Below, in pieces: positions 54,770 to 64,000 of a stretch of 64,000 nt of DNA (within the stretch, counting starts at the first letter, position 1; every line of letters starts with the position of its first letter). The DNA comes from Octopus vulgaris. Its lineage: Eukaryota. Below the pieces are notes generated by a model. The model ran no database searches. It had not been told where the DNA came from and saw only the letters and a program-made list of their open reading frames with translations. Location: NCBI GenBank assembly GCA_951406725.2, contig OX597837.1, positions 19,530,001 through 19,594,000 on the forward strand, given 5' to 3'. The position numbers and the translations under genes were made by a program.

Positions 54770-56081
54770 AAAGAATAAGTACCAGGCTTTAAAAAAATGA
54801 GAATTGAAAAAGGATTCATTTGATTGAATCTTGGTACCCCAACTTGGCCATTGTTCGAAGACTGAAACAAGTTGAAGAATAAATAATTCTGTAGACTTTT
54901 TCTAAATCATAATTATAAGATCATATTTTAAAACACTTCCCTTGAAAATTGTACTACTAAGTATTTTTCTTGTATTTTTCCTTTTTTTTTTCTTTTTCAT
55001 TTTTTGGGGTGGTTGGGGGTTTGGTCTCAAGCGCATCATGAAGTCAAATAGATAACGAATCATTCGTTGAACAGTTGCCCTTCCCCATAGCATTCTAATT
55101 TATTCCCTTTTTGAACTGGTTTTATGAGAGATTTTAATATTCACCTCTGACCTGTTGCTGATCCTCCCATTGTAAAGTGCGGGAGTGTGATTTTTAGAAG
55201 CAGAAATTATTTAAAATCTTTGGAATATCAATCACGTTGCGATAGAAAAAGAATCTTCTCGGTATTTCCTACGGCCATTGCTATGACACTAGTGAATGTG
55301 GTAACAGCATGTATATGTATCTTTTATCTTTTACATGTTTCAGTCATTGGACAGCGGCCATGCTGGGGCATCGCCTTAAATGGTTTTAGTCGAACGATTC
55401 GACCTCGGTACATATTTTCGAAGTCTAATACTTCTACCCGTCTCTTTTGCTGAACCGTTAGATCAGGGAGGAGTAAATAAACCAACACCGATTGACAAGT
55501 AGCTGGGGAAACAAACCTAAACACAAAGACACACTCACGCACTCAATTTTAGTTGAACTTCAGTTTCCATTTTTGTTATAAAGTAAAATTGCCATGATTT
55601 AATGACTGAGTGAGATTGATGACTTTCGTAATTAATGAGTTATCCGCTGGGTGTTAATCATGCCGTTAATTACCTGAATGTTTTTATAATCAATTCATTT
55701 GTAAAGTACATCCTTGCAAACTTTAATTGAAAAATACATATTCTATTATTAGACTTTTAGATATTCTGCAAAAAATAGTAAGCATTGTCTATCAAATAAT
55801 TGTCACATATATGTGTGTGTGTGTTTGTGTGTTTGTATGTATGTGTGTGTGTATGTATGTATGTATGTATGTATGTATGTATGTATGTATGTATGTATTA
55901 GTGGATTAAGGATACCGTTGGTTTCATGTTAAGAAAGCCTTCAGCAATTATTTAGCCTATCACATGGAACACCGGAGTTCATCTCCATTTTAGTGTTATG
56001 AAAGCAATGGTAGCCTTAATCCACACATAAAGAATCTTTATCCACCAATGTAGCGTTGAGCACTCATTCTCACTGCTAGAT

Positions 56082-56120
<39 letters not shown>

Positions 56121-56221
56121 ACATATGCACATATATACATACATACAAACATACGACGGTCTTCTTATAGTTTCCGTCAACCAAACCCACTCTGTAAATT
56201 TCAACTACACACACACACACG

Positions 56222-56258
<37 letters not shown>

Positions 56259-57114
56259 GTATATATGTATATGTGTATATATGTATGTTTATGTATATAT
56301 GTATATGTGTATTATGTATGTTTATGTATATATGTATATGTGTATTATGTATGTTTACGTCCCCGTAACTTAGCGGTTCGGCAAAAGAGACCAATGGAAT
56401 AAGTACTAGGCTTAAAAAAATAAGCTATTGTAGATTACTTCTTTCCAAACCGACTGATCTTCCACCAACAGCTCCCAGTCTTCAACATTCGCTGTATGTC
56501 TCCATCTACCAAATCCATTTACAATTTATCTATCCGCCCGAGTCTAAAAAAAGAAACTAAACTTACTCTTGTGTGATGGATTAGCAATAGTTTCTTTACT
56601 TCTGTTTTGTTGTGTTTTGTTTTATTCACTGAAACTAGTAAGATTGTTTATTTGTTAAACTGGGTCGCCATTGTAAACGGTTGTGAATCGACGTTGATTG
56701 ATGGTAGAGGTGAAATTTATATTGTTATTGTCGTTGCTGCTGCTGCTGTTGCTGCTCTTCTTGCTGCTGCTGCTGCTGCTGCTGTTGTTGCTGTTGCTGT
56801 TGTTGCTGTTGTTGCTGCTGCTGCTGTTGTTGCATAGACATCCTTCAAGTCAGTATTTATAGAGTAGAACTAGGATCATAGACATTCCAGCCGTGATACT
56901 TTCCCCACGATACTTCTCATTCTTTTTCACCGAATGTTTTTACCTACGCTCTCCCTCACTCTACTGGTTTTATCTGGTTTGTCCTACATTCTCCAGATAT
57001 TCTGTAACGCCACCACCTCCATCAACAACAATAACAACAATACAATCCTCGCTATCAGCAGTCAACGAAGGACGTGGTTATTAAAAGAGGTAAAGAGACA
57101 TTACGTAACATAGT

Positions 57115-57159
<45 letters not shown>

Positions 57160-57304
57160 CACCATGATTGACCGCTAAATCCACAAGTTTTCTAAATTAT
57201 CTCAGTTTATTTTCTCGTATTCCTTTCTGTTGAAAAGCGTAGACTAGAAACCTGCTTCGTCTTTTGTTTTTTCTGTAAATTTCAACTACACACACACACG
57301 CACG

Positions 57305-57389
<85 letters not shown>

Positions 57390-58057
57390 TTATGTATATA
57401 TGTATATGTGTATTATGTATGTTTACGTCCCCGTAACTTAGCGGTTCGGCAAAAGAGACCAATGGAATAAGTACTAGGCTTAAAAAAATAAGCTATTGTA
57501 GATTACTTCTTTCCAAACCGACTGATCTTCCACCAACGAGTCAGAATGTCCATATTGACCGGCTGCGAGTCTTGATCTACCAAATCCATTTACAAATTAT
57601 CTATCCGCCCGAGTCTAAAAAAGAAGACATTTGATCATGATGCCCGTAACCTTGTGGTTGGGAAGCAAACCTCTTATCACATAGCCATCATTTTGTAAAC
57701 ATTTTGGCACAAATAGGCGCACTGCAAACCCCAAGAACTGTCTTGACTTAAAGAAAAGAGCCTTGCCATTTTGTGATGGATCGGTTTGAATTCTTCAAAG
57801 GAGAAACAAAATCTGAGAAGGCACACACGCACATACACACACATACGCACACGCACGCGCATGTATATACTGTAACTTCAAATACCACGTGTAGCTTGGA
57901 CTCAGCCTTCATCAGATTATAAACGTAAATAAAACTGGTAAAGCTCAAACTTTCGATCGTTGTATAGTTCAAGTCGAACTTGAAGTAACGACGTATTGAT
58001 ACTATTGGACTATATGTGTCAGTCACCCTAAGGTCTTCATGTAAACAATTACAAGTT

Positions 58058-58088
<31 letters not shown>

Positions 58089-58221
58089 CATACATACATA
58101 CATACATACATACATACATACAAACATACATACATACATATATACATACATACATACATACATACATACAAACATACATACATACATACAAACATACATA
58201 CATACATACATACATACATCA

Positions 58222-58252
<31 letters not shown>

Positions 58253-58664
58253 GTGCGTGTGTACTTTTGTGTTTGTATTTATCCCTCACCGCTTTCCAAA
58301 CAGCGTTGTTATGATGACATTCCTGTAACTTAGCGGTTCGGTAAAAGGTGGGGCGGGGGTTGATTATCAAACTATAAAAACGAAATTCGTGTGGTTGATT
58401 ATATCAGCTCAACCCTTGAAGGCCTTGCTGCAGCATAGCCACAACCTATTGACAGAAACAAGTAAAGGAATAAAAGGATAAAAGAATAAAAGAATGTGTA
58501 CGTTTAGTGAACACACGTTTCACATTTCTTCGTACATAGATCTCGGGGTTATGATATAGGCCCCTTTCCACTGGACGGCCCCTTGGGTAATTGTCTTCTA
58601 CAATAGCTTGGGCTTATCAGAGCCTTGTGAATGGATTTGGTATACGGAAACTGAAAGAAGCCTG

Positions 58665-58704
<40 letters not shown>

Positions 58705-58919
58705 AGAAAAAAAGGTCGCCAAAATTTTGGAATTTTTTTTTATTTATTCATTATTATTTGCGCTTTTGTTCGTTTTCGAAATTGCCAAATAAAATTGTGA
58801 AAGTGCAAACAGGTTGTTCATTTATAGAAATCAGATGATTTTTTTTTTGTTTTGTTTAGAAAAGGAGAACATTTTTTCTTTTGATCTTTTAGGTGAAGTT
58901 CCAGGGCAATGGAGATAGA

Positions 58920-59187
58920 TTGATAGGTAAAATTAATGAACACACGATTTCGTTTGTTAGCTTCCACATTCCCGGGATAACCAACATCTTTCATGCCATA
59001 AAATTGAACTTGTCTATACCCCTACAAAGTCCCAAAATGAAAAATCTGATTGAAAAAAAAACACCTTACGGAATATTAGATGCCAACCAAAAAATCTTAA
59101 AAGACACTTCTCAAGAGCAGAATTCATATCAGAAAATGAGTCAGAATTCTTACTAAAATAATCTGGAGACAGGAGATGTGACCATGC

Positions 59188-59248
<61 letters not shown>

Positions 59249-59500
59249 GTAACAACAACAACAACAACTTTAAATTCAAGAGCGGATTCTCATTCAAAAT
59301 AAATGCAGATATGAACTGCAACGTGTAAGAATCCACTGGCAACACATCCGACAAGAGGAATTATGCAAATGTTCATGGGATGACCTGCAATACCAAAAAG
59401 CAATAGAGCAAACTTCTTCAAAAAATGCTCTCCGAAATCGTATGTTTGAAAGAAAAGCGAAGAATTTGCATTTTTGATTCTAAATATAGCTCCAATATTA
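58920..59500 (+). mobile_element. Decayed Penelope-like element, linker and GIY-YIG endonuclease region
   Basis: TISFVSFHIPGITNIFHAIKLNLSIPLQSPKMK, QPKNLKRHFSRAEF, GDRRC, FKFKSGFSFKINADMNC and VRIHWQHIRQ in PLE order; GIY/YIG residues themselves appear deleted; interrupted by (CAA)n at 59187-59267. Confidence 0.7.
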
Positions 59501-60086
59501 GTAATATGATACTCATCTCGAAAATTATTCAGGTATATATATAAATATATATAAAGTTTACATCTAATATAGGATAAAATTTTCGAAAAAATTTTTATCA
59601 CTGGCCAGCATATTAAAAAATACCTTTAAAGGTTAAATTTATAAACAACTTATAAACAAGAAAAAAGAAAAAAATTCCAATGCCAAATATGCCGAAAATA
59701 GACTTAAATCGTCAAAAACCATATAATTCATCACTATAAGCAAGCCGACAGAAATTTCTAAAAAAATTCCGTTATCATCGAATCGGCCCCGATTTCGCCC
59801 TTGTTTATAAGGTGTTTATAAATTTAACCTTTAAAGGTATTTTTTAATATGCTGGCCCTTGATAAAATTTTTTCGAAAATTTTATCCTATATTAGATGTA
59901 AATTTAGTACTACTCACTTCCAGACTCTCTCACTCTATGAGAATTTTCAGTCCGATCACACGTGTCTCGAGGTATGCTGTAGAATTTCTATTTTGGGCAT
60001 ATTTGGGGGTATTTACGTGTACTCATGACTTAGTGCTTACTTCTTCCATGAGTGCAAGTAAGTATCTCATTTATTTCTTTTCGTAT

Positions 60087-60148
60087 TTATCGCTGACAAC
60101 GGGAAAATTCTTTATGAATTAACTCAGAAATCGGGGCCGATTCGATAA
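60087..60148 (+). ncRNA. Type I hammerhead motif in probable PLE pseudo-LTR (core G8 mutated)
   Basis: TTATCG-CTGACAA-[stem II with AATTC/GAATT]-GAAA-TCGG-gg-CCGA-TT-CGATAA; perfect 6 bp stem I and 5 bp stem III. Confidence 0.65.
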
Positions 60149-60255
60149 TAACGGAATTTTTTAGAAATTTTTGTCGGCTTGCTTATTGACGATTTAAGTC
60201 TATTTTTGGTTTATTTGGCATTGGAATGTTTCTCTTTTGCCCTTGTTTATAAGTT

Positions 60256-60350
<95 letters not shown>

Positions 60351-61190
60351 TAACATTGGGATCTTCTAACTTTATGTATTTTTCTAATTTGTAAATATTG
60401 TTTGTTCATGCAAAACGGGAAATTGAAAGAAACCTGGCTTTGTTTTCAATACAAATCACCGAAGTTACATAAAGTGTGAACGTATGAGAAAGCTCTCATA
60501 GAGCTCCTTAGCTTTCTTCTGACATCTTAAGAAAAAGAAAATAAATACCCTATTACTGTTGTTTCTGCCCCAATATTTATAACATAATACTCATCCCTTA
60601 AACGGTGGGTTTTATTTTTCTAATTTCTAAATATTTTACTAATATTTTGTTGTGTCTGGGGAAAGTCATTCTCTTTTAGTCAAGACTATTGAAAAGGTTG
60701 CAAGACGCAACGAAAATTTTAGGAAAATAAAAATAAGAAATAAGTGGAAATTTTACCGGTGAGTGTGTTAAATAATAAGGCACTAAAAGAGAATGACTCT
60801 CCCCAGACACAATAGAATATGCTTCAACACACGAACTCATAAAGAATCTTGCAAACCAAATCCAAAAACGAAATTACTAATATTTGTTCATGCAAAAACA
60901 TGAAATTAAAAGAAACCTGACTTTATTTTTCAATACAAAACAACGAAATAACACAGTGTAGACACAGACATGTTTCGAAACACATGAATTCACAGGCGCC
61001 CCCGCCATATATATATTAAATTTTTTACAGAACCTCTTATCTTCCCCCTGGCGCCATAAGAAGAAGAAAAAACAAAAATGCTTTCAGTGATGGCAGCATA
61101 TCATCCGTTTTTCATTATTTTCCCCATCCTAAAACTGACATCGTGGAGAGGTCACCATCCTTGAACTCATGACAATAGCTATACAATGGC

Positions 61191-61191
<1 letters not shown>

Positions 61192-61265
<74 letters not shown>

Positions 61266-61280
61266 GAACGAACGAACGAA
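61192..61280. repeat. (CTAA)n changing to (CGAA)n microsatellite
   Basis: Direct reading. Confidence 0.95.
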
Positions 61281-61864
61281 CTAAATATAAATAAATAAAT
61301 GGTAAATACATGCCAAATTCGAAAGAAATTTTACCCTCCGCGCCCTCTCTTTCTCTTTCTCTTTATCTATATATCTATATCCATTGTCCTGGAACCTCAT
61401 CCAAAATAACAAAAAAAACCCAAAAAACAACAAAAAACCCAATATTCTCCTCTTCTAAACAACACAAACATTCTTCTGATTTATATAAATGGACAACCTG
61501 TTTGCACATTCACAACTTCTTTTGACAATTTTGGAAACGAACGAAAGCGCTAATGATAATAATGAACTATTTTTAAAAAAAATTTTCTAAAGTTCAAGTG
61601 ACCTCCTTTTAAGTTAATGTGCAATATCTGTACAACACTTCTTGATTAAACCTCGCTAAGTTAAATATTTAAATCACCTGAAGAATGACTGCAACTCGAA
61701 ATTTTAAGAATTGGACAGCCATGAAACAATCGTAGTGTTATATTAATTATCATTTTTTAATAATTTTGATATATATTTAAAATAATATAAATTAATTAAT
61801 CTTATGTATTGGCTTAAGTTTTTGATTGTATGATTTGCCTAATAGTGGTTTTATCTCTAATTTA

Positions 61865-61919
<55 letters not shown>

Positions 61920-61922
<3 letters not shown>

Positions 61923-62114
61923 GTATACACACACACACACACACACGCACACACACACACACACGCACACACATATATGTATATATATATATATATATAC
62001 CCGAGTAAGCACAAAAATGTGAGACAGGGTGGGAAAAAATGTGCTCGAATATTATTAAATCTGCATTTGATTCTCAATCAAAACTGTCCGACGAACATTC
62101 TAATATAATTCATC

Positions 62115-62164
<50 letters not shown>

Positions 62165-62188
62165 TTAATGATGATGATGATGATGATG

Positions 62189-62225
<37 letters not shown>

Positions 62226-62245
62226 TGATGATGATGATGATGATG

Positions 62246-62323
<78 letters not shown>

Positions 62324-62592
62324 TATAATAATATAAGAAGAAGAAGAATGATAATAATATAATTGATATATATATATAAATATATACATATAATATATGT
62401 GTGTATTTATACACACACACACGCACACACGCACACACACACACACACGCACACACATATATGTATATATATATATATATAGTAATGCACAAAAATGTGA
62501 GACAGGGTGGGAAAAAATGTGCTCGAATATTATTAAATCTGCATTTGATTCTCAATCAAAACTGTCCGACGAACATTCTAATATAATTCATC

Positions 62593-62642
<50 letters not shown>

Positions 62643-62666
62643 TTAATGATGATGATGATGATGATG

Positions 62667-62706
<40 letters not shown>

Positions 62707-62726
62707 TGATGATGATGATGATGATG

Positions 62727-62808
<82 letters not shown>

Positions 62809-62845
62809 TAATAATAATAATAAGAAGAAGAAGAATGATAATAAA
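61920..62845 (+). repeat. Two-copy tandem duplication, unit about 480 bp
   Basis: Identical unique core GCACAAAAATGTGAGACAGGGTGGG...TTCATCTAAT at about 62009 and 62487, each followed by the same (AAT)(GAT)(AAT)(GAT)(AAT)(AAG) pattern. Confidence 0.93.
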
Positions 62846-63467
62846 ACTAATTGATTGTTGTGTATGCTTATAAATGTAAATATGTATGTACATTATGTGT
62901 AAATGTGTGTGTATTTATTTATTTTTATATTTATATTTATATATAACTTAACCTTATGTACTTTCCAAAATCTCTGACGAACCCAAGAGAAACACACAAT
63001 TTCATTTACTTATTACTTCAGTCTGCTGGAGGAATAAAGGTAGAATGAGGTATTTTTGCTCCTTGACTGAAACAGCTGTAAGATATTTTCCCAATTTGTA
63101 TTCCTGTATGTTATATTTTAATAATTACTGGTATCTTTATATATTTTATATGTAAAGTATATGTTATACATGTATGTATATTCTTGTAATTGTCATTTTA
63201 GAGAATAAATAAATAAATTGACATAATATAATGACTAAAAGTTGATGAACCGCCTATTGATCCCCTCCATTTTCTTATTGTTCTATAAATTAATGGTAAA
63301 AATATCTCTTTACCTTCACCCATTTAGTACACTCGGTAATGTAATTGCAATGCAATAAAAATCACTTGTGTATTAATAATTGGGTATTCTACCAACAGTA
63401 TATTGGATAGATATTATCCCTTAGTGGGTTGGATTCACAACCTCTAGCTTTCTTGGAATATATATAT

Positions 63468-63525
63468 ATAGCAAAAACTGTCTGATGAACGGCAACGAGA
63501 AACTCAGAGTAACAGATTTTGTTAT
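63468..63525 (+). ncRNA. Minimal type I hammerhead ribozyme motif
   Basis: CTGATGA 63482-63488; stem II CG-GCAA-CG; GAAA 63499-63502; stem III ACTC/GAGT; GUA cleavage triplet 63509-63511; stem I ATAGCAAAAACTGT / ACAGATTTTGTTAT (14 positions, one mismatch, one G-U). Confidence 0.75.
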
Positions 63526-63533
63526 GCAAATAC

Positions 63534-63583
<50 letters not shown>

Positions 63584-63893
63584 TTATATGTGTATATAGA
63601 TGTATATATATATATCAAAGTATATATATTTTTATATGTATATATATATATATGTGTGTGTGTGTATTTGTCTGTGTGTGTCTGTATTTGTATCCCTATC
63701 ATCGCTTGATAACCGATGTTGCTGTGTTTACGTCACCGTAACTTAGCCGTTTAGCCAAACGCAACGATGGAATAAGTACTAGGCGTACAGAGAATAAATC
63801 CTGGGGTCGATTTCTTCAACTAAAGGTGGTGCTCCAGCATGTCCGCAACCACATTACCGAAACAAGTAAACCAATAAAAAACTGACACATTAA

Positions 63894-63923
63894 CCCCGTG
63901 CAACGCCGGGTATCTCAACCAGT
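63894..63923 (+). mobile_element. Isolated Helitron-like 3' terminus
   Basis: Hairpin CCCG-TGCAACGC-CGGG followed 8 nt later by CCAG|T (decayed CTAG); similar to 30754-30783. Confidence 0.45.
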
Positions 63924-63933
63924 ATATACATAT

Positions 63934-64000
<67 letters not shown>

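Noticed and set aside
61192-61264. Telomere-like repeat
   Set aside because: The unit is TTAG, not TTAGGG or TTAGG; an ordinary tetranucleotide microsatellite.

Overview
This is a 64 kb AT-rich, microsatellite-saturated stretch of eukaryotic non-coding DNA. Its SINE repertoire matches what I recall from Octopus (coleoid cephalopod) genomes; that assignment is an inference. I cannot support any intact host protein-coding exon, and almost every ORF in the supplied track is a translated microsatellite. The window is a mosaic of decayed mobile elements: at least three tRNA-derived SINE families, Penelope-like (PLE) RT and GIY-YIG remnants, an R4/Dong LINE inserted in (TAA)n, a Tx1/L1 remnant, Gypsy integrase/LTR pieces, two mariner remnants, Helitron/Helentron-type non-autonomous elements and several foldback MITEs. 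The most interesting signal is a dispersed set of minimal hammerhead-ribozyme motifs in unrelated sequence contexts. One near-intact copy lies at 63468-63525, one sits in a PLE pseudo-LTR with an inverted duplication at 60087-60148, and several others are degenerate. There are also weak signs of non-coding minus-strand exons and a promoter, plus homeodomain-site-dense islands, which suggest the 5' regulatory region of a gene whose CDS lies outside the window.
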